From Pyrococcus abyssi GE5 (GTDB lineage: Archaea > Methanobacteriota_B > Thermococci > Thermococcales > Thermococcaceae): DNA of 24,000 bases. Of this stretch, positions 9,240 through 16,148 are shown piece after piece. The notes beneath the pieces were generated by a model. It saw only the letters and a program-made list of their open reading frames with translations, ran no database searches and was not told the origin of the DNA. The position numbers were made by a program, and so were the translations under genes. Position 1 is the first letter of the stretch. The number at the start of each line of letters is the position of its first letter. Location: contig NC_000868.1 of the NCBI RefSeq assembly GCF_000195935.2, forward strand, positions 1,321,237-1,345,236, written 5' to 3'.

Positions 9240-9388
9240 TGGTGGGGGCGCGGGGATTTGAACCCCGGTCCGCGGGTTTCTCCGGCCCTCGGGGCTCCAA
9301 AGGTTCATCACGCCCCGAGGTCAGCAAACCCGCCTGTCCTCATGGCCTCTGGAGCCCGCGATGATAGACCAGGCTACACCACGCCCCC
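9240..9388 (-). tRNA. tRNA-Trp (anticodon CCA) with a 71-nt intron and genomically encoded 3' CCA
   Basis: The reverse complement reads GGGGGCG...GCGGG-CUCCAG|intron|A-CCCGC-GGAC-CGGGGUUCAAAUCCCCG-CGCCCCC-A-CCA. The acceptor (GGGGGCG/CGCCCCC), anticodon (GCGGG/CCCGC) and T (CGGGG/CCCCG) stems are all perfect, with T-loop UUCAAAU. Exons total 78 nt including CCA. Confidence 0.95.
9278..9348 (-). ncRNA. tRNA-Trp intron = box C/D guide RNA (cis-guide for 2'-O-methylation of positions 34 and 39)
   Basis: The intron reads C(AUGAGGA)-CAGGCGGGUUUG-D'(CUGA)-CCUCGGGGC-C'(GUGAUGA)-ACCUUUGGAGCC-D(CCGA). Both spacers are 12 nt. GCGGGUUU pairs with exon-2 AAACCCGC, so the 5th nt upstream of D' faces position 39. 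UUUGGAGCCC pairs with exon-1 GGGCUCCAGA, so the 5th nt upstream of D faces C34. Confidence 0.85.
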
Positions 9389-9416
9389 ACTCGTTTAACC
9401 ATTAGTTCCTGATGAA

Positions 9417-9425
9417 CTTATAAAT
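9417..9425 (-). promoter_or_regulatory. Candidate TATA box of the tRNA-Trp gene
   Basis: The minus strand reads AAAAATTTATAAG about 30 nt upstream of the tRNA 5' end at 9388. Confidence 0.5.
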
Positions 9426-9436
9426 TTTTCTAGACG

Positions 9437-9460
9437 ATGGACTTATAAACCAAAGTCCAT
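9437..9460 (+). promoter_or_regulatory. 8-bp inverted repeat bracketing the candidate TATA box of the MFS transporter gene
   Basis: ATGGACTT-ataaacca-AAGTCCAT has perfect 8-bp arms. The left arm and spacer contain TTATAAAC, about 50 nt upstream of ATG 9496. SD AGGTGATG lies at 9483..9490. Confidence 0.4.
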
Positions 9461-9495
9461 TAAATTTTTCAGCTAAACGTTCAGGTGATGGTCTT

Positions 9496-10728
9496 ATGAG
9501 GCCCAGGGAACTAGCAATCCTCCAGGGACTTCAAGAAAAGTCTGGGAAGATAAGGAAGATTACCATGAGAAAGAACATCCTAATGTTCGCCATAGGCATG
9601 TTCTTCGCGGACTTCGCCTGGGGATTGGGTTTTCCCTACCTAGGGGTCTACATGAAGCTCATAGGCGGAACGATGTTTCTCGTCGGCTTACTGAGTGTAG
9701 TCTATAATTTAACATCCACGATATTTCAATATCCCTTCGGTTACCTCTCGGATAAAACCGGAAAGAGGAAGCCATTCATAATCCTGGGCATCCTGGCCTC
9801 TGGAACAACGTATGGTTTGGTAGCTCTCATTACAAGTCCGATCCTCCTCCTGGGATTGAGGGCATTTCAGGGAGCTTTAGGAGCGTCCCTTGCTCCAGCG
9901 CATTCAGCCTTAATCTCCGAGCTCTCTCCCAGGATAGGCTCCATGTTCGGGTTCTTTGGATTCGTGGAAAACCTAGGCTTCATGGCCGGAAATTTTGCCG
10001 GAGGCTACATAGTTAAGACCCTTGGAATGAAGATGATGTTCATAATAACATCCCTGGTCTCTCTCATTGGAATATTGTTCCTATTGAAGATTAAGGAGAG
10101 GGGGAGGGCAAAGGCTGGTGGAGATAGGCTAATTATAGTGAAGGAGGGCCGAGAGTCAGATAGGGTTGAGCTGAAGGAGATTGCCTTTAAGAAGCTAATG
10201 AAGGGTAGACTAGGGATATTTTACGTGGCAGTTCTGTTGGCGATGATAGCCTCAGGGGCGGTTTATGCCACGGTCTCGGTTTACTTTGAAGAGAAATTTG
10301 GAGAGGAGTTCGTCGGGTACCTATTCGGGATAGACTCATTGTCCGCGGCCTTGAGCGCCTTGATAATCGGAAGGCTCATAGATAAGTACGGAGAGAAGCT
10401 GTTCTTCAGGTTATCATTAGTCGGTTACATTATAACATTCATGGGCTATGCTCTCGCCAACAGCGTTATTATAATGGCCCTAATATCAATACTCTCAGGC
10501 CTTAAGTGGACTATGCTGACGAATTCATCCTCAACGTACGTTGCCAGAAGGGTTCCAACTTCGGAGAGGGGACAGGGTATGGGTCTACTCAACACAATGA
10601 TGACCCTTGGATGGGTAATTGGGCCCCTGATAGGTGGAATTTTAGCAGATAATTTCGGATTCGCTGTTATGCTTTACTCGACGGTGCCAATTCTCTTCCT
10701 AGGATTCTTGCTTTCTTTTAGGATTTAA
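9496..10728 (+). CDS. Major facilitator superfamily transporter
   Basis: 410 aa with about 12 hydrophobic segments. MFS motif A-like GYLSDKTGKRKP lies between TM2 and TM3, and a central basic loop is present. Confidence 0.8.
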   Translation: MRPRELAILQGLQEKSGKIRKITMRKNILMFAIGMFFADFAWGLGFPYLGVYMKLIGGTMFLVGLLSVVYNLTSTIFQYPFGYLSDKTGKRKPFIILGILASGTTYGLVALITSPILLLGLRAFQGALGASLAPAHSALISELSPRIGSMFGFFGFVENLGFMAGNFAGGYIVKTLGMKMMFIITSLVSLIGILFLLKIKERGRAKAGGDRLIIVKEGRESDRVELKEIAFKKLMKGRLGIFYVAVLLAMIASGAVYATVSVYFEEKFGEEFVGYLFGIDSLSAALSALIIGRLIDKYGEKLFFRLSLVGYIITFMGYALANSVIIMALISILSGLKWTMLTNSSSTYVARRVPTSERGQGMGLLNTMMTLGWVIGPLIGGILADNFGFAVMLYSTVPILFLGFLLSFRI

Positions 10729-11282
10729 AGCCTTATAACAATTCTGTCCGCGGCATCCCTCTTAACTAGGACGTTGCCTATTGACCTAGGAAGGGTGACA
10801 AGATCACCCGCTTTAAATGGTCCGTGCTCCCTTAACTCCTCATCTATTATCCTGGGAACGTCAATCTTTAGAAGGTACAGCTCGAGGAAGCCAGGAGTTG
10901 GTTTCCTTTCAACCTTGACCTCTTCTTCAACCTTCTCCTCAGCCTCAACGCTTATTGGTTCCCCGTTTATGAAGGCCGTTAAAATAGCAAATATCTTCTT
11001 CTCATCGCCAACCAAGTTCCTTGGGACACCCTCAAAGGCCATGTCAACTATCTTGTGCAACCTTATCTTGAGTATCTCCCTAACTATGCCCTGAACGAGC
11101 GAAAGTTGAGCTAAATAGAGCCTCTTCTCAACGTCCTCTCCCCTCTCCTCGTGCCTCTCAGCGTTGAGCTCGAGAGCCTTCCTGAAGCTCGCCAAATCCT
11201 TGTAGAATTCCTCATCTATCTCAGTCAGTTCATCTGATGATAGTTCCCTTTCAAGAAGCCGCCTTAGAACCTCAATGTCCAT
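10725..11282 (-). CDS. GINS complex subunit Gins51 (Sld5/Psf1-like)
   Basis: 185-aa acidic helical protein encoded directly downstream of PCNA, 31 nt away, with AGGGGATAA upstream of its ATG. This matches the PCNA-Gins51 arrangement I recall for Pyrococcus/Thermococcus. The call rests on synteny and composition, not on a motif. Confidence 0.65.
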   Translation of the reverse strand: MDIEVLRRLLERELSSDELTEIDEEFYKDLASFRKALELNAERHEERGEDVEKRLYLAQLSLVQGIVREILKIRLHKIVDMAFEGVPRNLVGDEKKIFAILTAFINGEPISVEAEEKVEEEVKVERKPTPGFLELYLLKIDVPRIIDEELREHGPFKAGDLVTLPRSIGNVLVKRDAADRIVIRL

Positions 11283-11313
11283 GGTTATCCCCTAAAAGAA
11301 AAGTTAAGGGAAA

Positions 11314-12063
11314 TTACTCCTCAACCCTGGGAGCCAGGAGGAATATCAGCCTACCCTCGTCCCTTATGTAATACTCCATTTGCATCGGCATCTCGTTTCC
11401 GAACTTTATCGTTACCTCATCGGCCTTTCCAAGGCCCTTTACCATATCGGAGAGGTAGCTGATTCCATACGCGCTCTTGGTCTCTTCCTGAACCTCAATA
11501 TCTAGAAGTCCTTCGTCTTCAAGGGTAAGCTTAACTTCAACCTCCTGGGTTTCACCTTCGGCCCTCATCGTGAATTCGTTCTCCTTTGCTATGAACTTCA
11601 TGCTATCGCTAACCAGCGAAGCATCCTTGACTGCCTCCTTAATAACGTCTCCCAGGATAACAACCTTTGCCGTGAAGGGTAACTCTGGCAAGTCAACTTC
11701 GATCTCCTCAACATCTATTAGTGGTAGCTTGAAGGTTCTAGTTGCAGTTCCTTGGAGACTTATCTCCAGGAAGTTCTCCTCTCCCTTTCTAAGTATTAAG
11801 GTTTCCTTGGCCTTCCCCCTCTTTAGAACTTTCTTGAGGTGATCCATGTTAACTCCGATAGTCTCCTCTCCATCGACCTCGTACTTGCTGAAGATGCTAG
11901 CCGGTAGATTTAGGTCTATCAGGACAACCCTGCTGGGATCCATAGCCCTCATCGATATTCCTTCCTCAGTAACCTTGAATGCGGCTTCATCTATAAGTCT
12001 ACTGGCCGTCTCTATAAGCTGGGCAAACTCCTTTGCACCTTCAAAGACTATCTCGAATGGCAT
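11314..12063 (-). CDS. pcn: DNA polymerase sliding clamp PCNA
   Basis: 249 aa. MPFEIVFEGAKEFAQLIETASRLIDEAAFKV...LAPRVEE is recognisably Pyrococcus PCNA. A strong SD GGGAGGTG lies 8 nt upstream. Confidence 0.95.
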   Translation of the reverse strand: MPFEIVFEGAKEFAQLIETASRLIDEAAFKVTEEGISMRAMDPSRVVLIDLNLPASIFSKYEVDGEETIGVNMDHLKKVLKRGKAKETLILRKGEENFLEISLQGTATRTFKLPLIDVEEIEVDLPELPFTAKVVILGDVIKEAVKDASLVSDSMKFIAKENEFTMRAEGETQEVEVKLTLEDEGLLDIEVQEETKSAYGISYLSDMVKGLGKADEVTIKFGNEMPMQMEYYIRDEGRLIFLLAPRVEE

Positions 12064-12232
12064 CCTTTTGCACCTCCCTCAGAATGTTAAGCATGAGCCT
12101 AACCCTCTCTTTACCTCTAAATAAATAAGTTTTTCCGTTGTCTACTTCGGGTATTCTTTTATAAGCTTCTTCCAATTCTTTCAAGGCCTTCTCAGCTAGC
12201 CTAATAAGGACTTTCACTCGTAGCTCCTCCAT
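12041..12232 (-). CDS. Doubtful small ORF (63-70 aa, K/E/R/L-rich) between TFS and PCNA
   Basis: An open frame links the TFS stop to the PCNA start, overlapping PCNA by 23 nt. A possible GTG at 12217 forms a GTGA overlap with the TFS stop. The same DNA carries promoter-like TATA elements and the PCNA SD, and I recognise no family. Confidence 0.25.
   Translation of the reverse strand: MEELRVKVLIRLAEKALKELEEAYKRIPEVDNGKTYLFRGKERVRLMLNILREVQKDAIRDSL
12118..12129 (-). promoter_or_regulatory. Candidate TATA box for PCNA-Gins51
   Basis: The minus strand reads AAAAACTTATTTATTTAGAGG about 55-60 nt upstream of the PCNA ATG. A second TATA-like CTTATAAAAG lies at about 12155..12168. Confidence 0.35.
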
Positions 12233-12546
12233 ACGTAGCCGCACCTTTTGCACTTATAGAATATCGTTGAGGGTTCGTCGCCAGCCCTCGTCTGTAGTTC
12301 CCAGTACCAGGCTTCATGATAACCGCATTTTGGACACGTAACCTTGGCCGTTGGTAGGGTTGAGAAATCCTGCTCCACCACTATAACTCCCTCGTCGGGC
12401 TTATGCTTAACCTCCTCTGTCCTCTTGTAGGCCTTAGCATCCTCGGGATTAATAGGTTCCTCGTAACCACACCTTCTACACACAAAAACTCCTCTCTTCT
12501 TGTCAGGAATCATGATACTCCCGCACTTAGGGCAGAACTTCACCAT
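12214..12546 (-). CDS. tfs: Transcription factor S (TFS; RNA polymerase cleavage factor, TFIIS/RpoM-like)
   Basis: 110 aa with an N-terminal zinc ribbon CPKCG...CRRCG. The C-terminal ribbon CPKCG...CKRCG carries the acidic hairpin QTRAGDEPST. Confidence 0.9.
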   Translation of the reverse strand: MVKFCPKCGSIMIPDKKRGVFVCRRCGYEEPINPEDAKAYKRTEEVKHKPDEGVIVVEQDFSTLPTAKVTCPKCGYHEAWYWELQTRAGDEPSTIFYKCKRCGYVWRSYE

Positions 12547-12582
12547 TCTCTCACCCCCGATTAGCCAAGGTCAAGGTAACCT

Positions 12583-12598
12583 AATTTAAAATAAAAAC
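12583..12598. promoter_or_regulatory. AT-rich divergent promoter core between tfs (-) and the translin-like gene (+)
   Basis: AATTTAAAATAAAAAC sits in a 77-bp divergent intergenic region. It is flanked by SD GGGGGTGAG for tfs and GGGTGAAGG for the GTG start at 12624. Confidence 0.4.
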
Positions 12599-12623
12599 TT
12601 TTAGTTCAGTTGGGTGAAGGAAA

Positions 12624-13253
12624 GTGAAATTGGCGGAAATCATAGCGAGGATAAAGGAAGTACTTGACGAGAAGGATTCCCTTAGGGAAGAGGCCCTCCA
12701 AGTTACGAGGGAGATAGTTAGGCTGAGCGGAGATGCCATAAAAGCTATGCACAGGGGAGAACTAGCTCTCGCAAGGGAAAGGCTTGAGAAGGCTTCTAAA
12801 CTAGTTAAAGAGTTAAAAGAGAAGCTGAAAGGCCATGAAGACCTTTACTATGCAGGTTACGTTCAAACGGCGAATCAAGAATTCGTTGAGGCGATGCTTT
12901 TGTTTAGTTACTTAACAAAGGAGGAGTTCCCCGGATTCGAAGAGCTAGGGGTTCCTCCACAGGATTACATCCTGGGGGTCGGAGATTTCATAGGAGAGCT
13001 AAGGAGACACTTTCTCATAAACCTAATGGAGGGGAGAATTGAAGTGGCCGAGGAAACCTATAGATTCATGGAGAGCGTATATGAAGAGCTAATAACCCTA
13101 GAGTATCCAAAGGGATTAGTCAACATAAGGCAGAAGCAGGATCAGGCGAGGTACGTACTCGAGAGAACCCTTGAAGACTTAACGAGGGCAAAGATAAATA
13201 AGAGGGTCGAAGATAAGATAGAGGGCCTGTTAAATGCTGGAAAAGATAGCTGA
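12624..13253 (+). CDS. Translin/TRAX (C3PO-like) family protein
   Basis: 209-aa all-helical protein, GTG start. It has a TRAX-like acidic pattern, ExxE (NQEFVEAM) and DxxxE (GDFIGELRR), as in the archaeal C3PO-like COG2178 family. Confidence 0.65.
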   Translation: MKLAEIIARIKEVLDEKDSLREEALQVTREIVRLSGDAIKAMHRGELALARERLEKASKLVKELKEKLKGHEDLYYAGYVQTANQEFVEAMLLFSYLTKEEFPGFEELGVPPQDYILGVGDFIGELRRHFLINLMEGRIEVAEETYRFMESVYEELITLEYPKGLVNIRQKQDQARYVLERTLEDLTRAKINKRVEDKIEGLLNAGKDS

Positions 13254-13818
13254 AGTTCAGAAAAAACTCAGTAAAAGGATAGTAGAAAAAGAAGTAAGAA
13301 TGGTTAGCAAAATAGCGGCCGTCGATGTTTCGTACAAAGGAAACAAAGCTAGGGTAGCCCTGGTGATATGTTCCTTTCCAGATTGTAAAGTTTTAAAGAC
13401 TAAAGTCCTTGAAACCGAGGTTTCGTTCCCTTACATCCCAACTTTCTTCTTCCTCCGCGAAACTAGGCCGATACTCCTAGTTACCAAAGGAGAAGAGTTT
13501 GACGTTTTGATAGTGGAAGGCCACGGAAAAGCCCATCCGAGGAAGTATGGATTGGCTTCTCATATAGGGCTTATCCTGGGAAAGCCCACGATTGGCGTTG
13601 CGAAGAAATTGCTAAGGGGCACTCCAGAGAATAGTTACCGGAAAGTTGGAAAGGCCTACGTAAGCGTTGGAAACATGATAACTTTGAAAGATGCTGTAAG
13701 GATAATCGAGAAACTCCTCGACGGGGGCTATCCAAAACCGTTAAAACTTGCTGACAAACTATCAAAGGGGAAGATAAGTGAAGATGAAAACACTCTTCCT
13801 TCTGATAAAACTAGCTAA
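13234..13818 (+). CDS. nfi: Endonuclease V (inosine-specific endonuclease)
   Basis: AAVDVSY (catalytic Asp), [12 protein letters not shown] (wedge plus Glu), [17 protein letters not shown] and PTIGVAKK motifs. It overlaps the upstream gene by 20 nt. Confidence 0.85.
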   Translation: MLEKIAEVQKKLSKRIVEKEVRMVSKIAAVDVSYKGNKARVALVICSFPDCKVLKTKVLETEVSFPYIPTFFFLRETRPILLVTKGEEFDVLIVEGHGKAHPRKYGLASHIGLILGKPTIGVAKKLLRGTPENSYRKVGKAYVSVGNMITLKDAVRIIEKLLDGGYPKPLKLADKLSKGKISEDENTLPSDKTS

Positions 13819-14416
13819 AATGGGGGCAATAGGGAAAGAAATCACGGTAACGATGAGAGAATTAAGCAGAGAACTCGATGTTTCTCCTCAAACCGTTCTA
13901 AGGTGGCTTGAAGAGTTAAAGGAGCAGGGTTACATTCACAAGAGGGAATCCAGGAAAGGGACGTTAGTAGAGCTGACTGAAAAAGGAATAAACCTTCTCG
14001 AAAAGCTCTATGAGGAAATTTCTACTGCCCTCTATTCAGGTTTCATCGTTGGGGAAGTAATCTCAGGGATAGGGGAAGGAGCATATTACGTTAGACAGTA
14101 CGCCCCACTAATTAGGGAGTACCTCGGATTTGACCCATACCCAGGAACGTTGAACGTTAGGGTTCTATTTCCAAAGACAATCTTCGATGCGTTGTGCACG
14201 GCGAGGCCAATAATAATCCCAGGCTTCACGAGGAACGGCAGAACGTTCGGCGATGTCAGGGCCTATAGGGTGAGAATCGATGGGATAGAGGGGGCTATAG
14301 TTATACCCTCCAGAACGGTTCACCCACCAAAGATAGCAGAGATAATAGCTCCTGTAAAGCTCAGAGATGCTCTTAACCTAAAAGATGGGGATAAGGTTAG
14401 AATTGAAGTGGTATAG
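13778..14416 (+). CDS. ribK: Bifunctional wHTH regulator / CTP-dependent riboflavin kinase (RbkR-type)
   Basis: An N-terminal winged-HTH ([28 protein letters not shown]) is fused to an archaeal riboflavin kinase domain (DPYPGTLNV, GxxxPSRTVHP). ATG 13820 is an alternative, non-overlapping start. Confidence 0.85.
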   Translation: MKMKTLFLLIKLAKMGAIGKEITVTMRELSRELDVSPQTVLRWLEELKEQGYIHKRESRKGTLVELTEKGINLLEKLYEEISTALYSGFIVGEVISGIGEGAYYVRQYAPLIREYLGFDPYPGTLNVRVLFPKTIFDALCTARPIIIPGFTRNGRTFGDVRAYRVRIDGIEGAIVIPSRTVHPPKIAEIIAPVKLRDALNLKDGDKVRIEVV

Positions 14417-14573
14417 GCCCGGCTTATCCACCCGCCCTCATTGCCCGCCGTTGTCGGCAACCTCAGGCGGCCCCGGAGACCGGGCCCTGTCCGCCCGGCG
14501 ACGTCGCCTCGTTCATGGCGCGCCTTTCTCGGCACGCTCCCTCGGTCGGGCCTCCGGGCGGCAGGTCGGACAA
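14411..14573 (-). ncRNA. Unidentified GC-rich structured RNA candidate (Hgc-like / possibly H/ACA-like); ends approximate
   Basis: A block of about 160 nt made almost entirely of G and C fills an otherwise AT-rich intergenic region. On the minus strand it forms these helices: CCGCCCGG/CCGGGCGG (14554..14561 with 14491..14498); GCGUGCC-GAGAAA-GGCGCGC (14518..14537); GGGCCCGG/CCGGGCCU (14480..14487 with 14415..14422); and CCGCC/GGCGG flanking a UGAGG...UGAG tandem-GA loop. Two of these helices need a G:U pair on the minus strand that would be an A:C mismatch on the plus strand. TTTAAAAA lies about 25 nt upstream on the minus strand. Confidence 0.6.
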
Positions 14574-14593
14574 TTAAATCTTACCCAAAAGGA

Positions 14594-14602
14594 TTTTTAA
14601 AG
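14594..14602. promoter_or_regulatory. Near-palindromic TATA element, possibly shared by pheS (+) and the GC-rich RNA (-)
   Basis: TTTTTAAAG reads as TTTTTAAA on plus and TTTAAAAA on minus. It lies about 25-30 nt from the pheS start region (14625/14631) and about 25 nt from the edge of the GC block at about 14571. Confidence 0.45.
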
Positions 14603-14624
14603 TTGACATCCTCAACCTTGGGGG

Positions 14625-16133
14625 ATGAATATGACACTTGGGTATAATGAAAAGCTGGTCCTCCTCACGATTGCAAAGCTAGAAAAGGCAAGCGTGGAAG
14701 AGATAGTTAAGGAAACGAGATTGGATCAGGTAGCCGTAATGAGGGCCATTCTGACCCTTGAAAAAGAGGGATTAATAAAGTTACACGAGAGAAAGGAAAA
14801 GATTATCGTTCTGACAGACATTGGAAAGGAGTACTCTAAAATAGGCCTTCCAGAGATTAGAGCGCTTAGGGTTCTTAGGGAGAAGAAGAAAGCATACCTT
14901 GACGAACTTAAAGATGTGCTGAGGGAGGATGAGCTCAAGGCAATAGTTGGAATCCTTAGAAGGGAGGGACTCGCAAACGTCAGGAAGGATGAAAAGGGGT
15001 TAGTCCTTGAGATAACGGAGAAAGGTGAAAAACTCGGTGAAAGACCAATAGATATAGCTTTAAAGCTGTTAAGCGAGAAGGGAGAAGTATCTGTCGATGA
15101 GATAAGTAGGATAATTGACGTCAAAGACCTCAAAAGGAGAAAAATAGCCAGAGAAGATGAGAGGGTTGAGAGAACGGTTGAGATAACCGAGAAGGGAAAG
15201 AAACTCGTGAGTAAAGGCATCGAACTGAAGAGAGAAGTTACGAGACTCACCCCAGAACTAATCGCGAGCGGTAAGTGGAGGGAAGTTGAGCTAAAGCCCT
15301 TCAACATAAAAGCGCCAGTTAAGAGGATCTACCCAGGGAAGAAGCAACCTTATAGAGTTTTCCTGGACAAGATAAGGAGAAGGCTAATCGAGATGGGATT
15401 CATAGAGATGACCGTTGACAGTTTAATAGAAACCCAGTTCTGGAACTTCGACGCGCTCTTCCAGCCCCAGAATCATCCTGCTAGGGAGTGGACGGATACG
15501 TACCAGCTGAAGTATCCTGAGAAGGGTTACCTACCTGATGAAAGCTTAGTCTCTCGAGTTAAGGAGGCCCACGAAAGAGGTTTAGCTGGTTCAAGGGGAT
15601 GGGGATACGTTTGGTCGCCAGAGAGGGCTATGCTCTTAATGCCAAGGGCCCACGCAACGGCTTTAAGTGCTAGACAGCTTGCAAAGGGCATAGAAATCCC
15701 AGGGAAGTACTTCACGATCCAAAGGGTCTTCAGGCCGGATGTTCTGGATAGGACTCATCTAATAGAGTTCAACCAGATAGATGGATTCGTCGCTGGCGAG
15801 GACTTAACGTTCAGGCATTTACTCGGAATACTCAAGAGGTTCGCAATAGAGATAGCTGGGGCAAAGAAAGTGAAGTTCTTCCCAGACTACTATCCATTCA
15901 CGGAACCTAGTGTTCAGTTGAGTGCGTATCATCCAGAGCTTGGATGGGTCGAGTTTGGTGGAGCAGGGGTTTTCAGGGAAGAAATGACGGAAGCTTTGGG
16001 AATAAAGGTTCCAGTAATAGCTTGGGGAATTGGAATCGACAGGCTTGCGATGTTTAAGCTCGGAATAGATGATATAAGGTACCTCTTCAGCTACGACTTG
16101 AGGTGGCTTAGGGAGGCCAAGTTGATATGGTGA
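14625..16133 (+). CDS. pheS: Phenylalanine--tRNA ligase alpha subunit
   Basis: 502 aa with the archaeal/eukaryal-type long helical N-terminus and a class II core ([29 protein letters not shown]). ATG 14631 is an alternative start, preceded by GGGGGATGA. Confidence 0.95.
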   Translation: MNMTLGYNEKLVLLTIAKLEKASVEEIVKETRLDQVAVMRAILTLEKEGLIKLHERKEKIIVLTDIGKEYSKIGLPEIRALRVLREKKKAYLDELKDVLREDELKAIVGILRREGLANVRKDEKGLVLEITEKGEKLGERPIDIALKLLSEKGEVSVDEISRIIDVKDLKRRKIAREDERVERTVEITEKGKKLVSKGIELKREVTRLTPELIASGKWREVELKPFNIKAPVKRIYPGKKQPYRVFLDKIRRRLIEMGFIEMTVDSLIETQFWNFDALFQPQNHPAREWTDTYQLKYPEKGYLPDESLVSRVKEAHERGLAGSRGWGYVWSPERAMLLMPRAHATALSARQLAKGIEIPGKYFTIQRVFRPDVLDRTHLIEFNQIDGFVAGEDLTFRHLLGILKRFAIEIAGAKKVKFFPDYYPFTEPSVQLSAYHPELGWVEFGGAGVFREEMTEALGIKVPVIAWGIGIDRLAMFKLGIDDIRYLFSYDLRWLREAKLIW

Positions 16134-16148
16134 GAGGGTGGTGGTAGA

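Noticed and set aside
9240-9495. The tRNA-Trp gene as a possible integration site (attB) for a mobile element.
   Set aside because: There is no duplicated copy of the tRNA 3' half anywhere in the window, no integrase or recombinase gene, and the flanking genes are ordinary housekeeping genes.
10725-10728. Convergent MFS and GINS51 genes share overlapping stop codons within TTTAAA.
   Set aside because: This is a real overlap but a trivial consequence of compact convergent genes, with no evidence of function.
14417-14432. GGCCCGGCTTATCCAC on the plus strand resembles the CR-V segment (ACAGAAcCCGGCUUAu) near the 3' end of RNase P RNA.
   Set aside because: No other RNase P conserved regions (GAGGAAAGUCC, AGGGUGAAA and so on) are present. 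The upstream sequence is the ribK coding region, and the island is only about 160 nt against more than 300 nt for archaeal RNase P RNA.
14486-14565. The 5' hairpin of the GC-rich RNA read as a canonical H/ACA unit: CCGCCCGG/CCGGGCGG followed directly by ACA.
   Set aside because: The internal loop strands would be about 16 and 19 nt, and the 3' strand contains its own GGCG-ACGU-CGCC hairpin. The ACA can equally be absorbed into an extended stem (CCUG/CAGG with a bulged A). This is not convincing as a pseudouridylation pocket, so I kept it only as an open possibility inside the ncRNA finding.
14320-14647. Three overlapping ORFs of 68-71 aa in the track (14320..14535 -, 14385..14600 +, 14441..14647 +).
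   Set aside because: They are Arg/Pro/Gly/Ala-rich translations of the GC-rich island. They overlap each other in different frames and strands, have no SD or start context, and resemble no protein family. An RNA element explains them better.
14726-15307. A long antisense ORF (193 aa, Ser/Leu-rich) inside pheS. Similar shadow ORFs occur at 250..501, 1793..2329, 3362..3778, 4121..4555, 8946..9311, 10774..11094, 11570..12124 and 20011..20391.
   Set aside because: All lie opposite well-supported genes, have low-complexity Ser/Leu/Pro-rich composition typical of antisense frames of purine-rich codons, and lack start signals.
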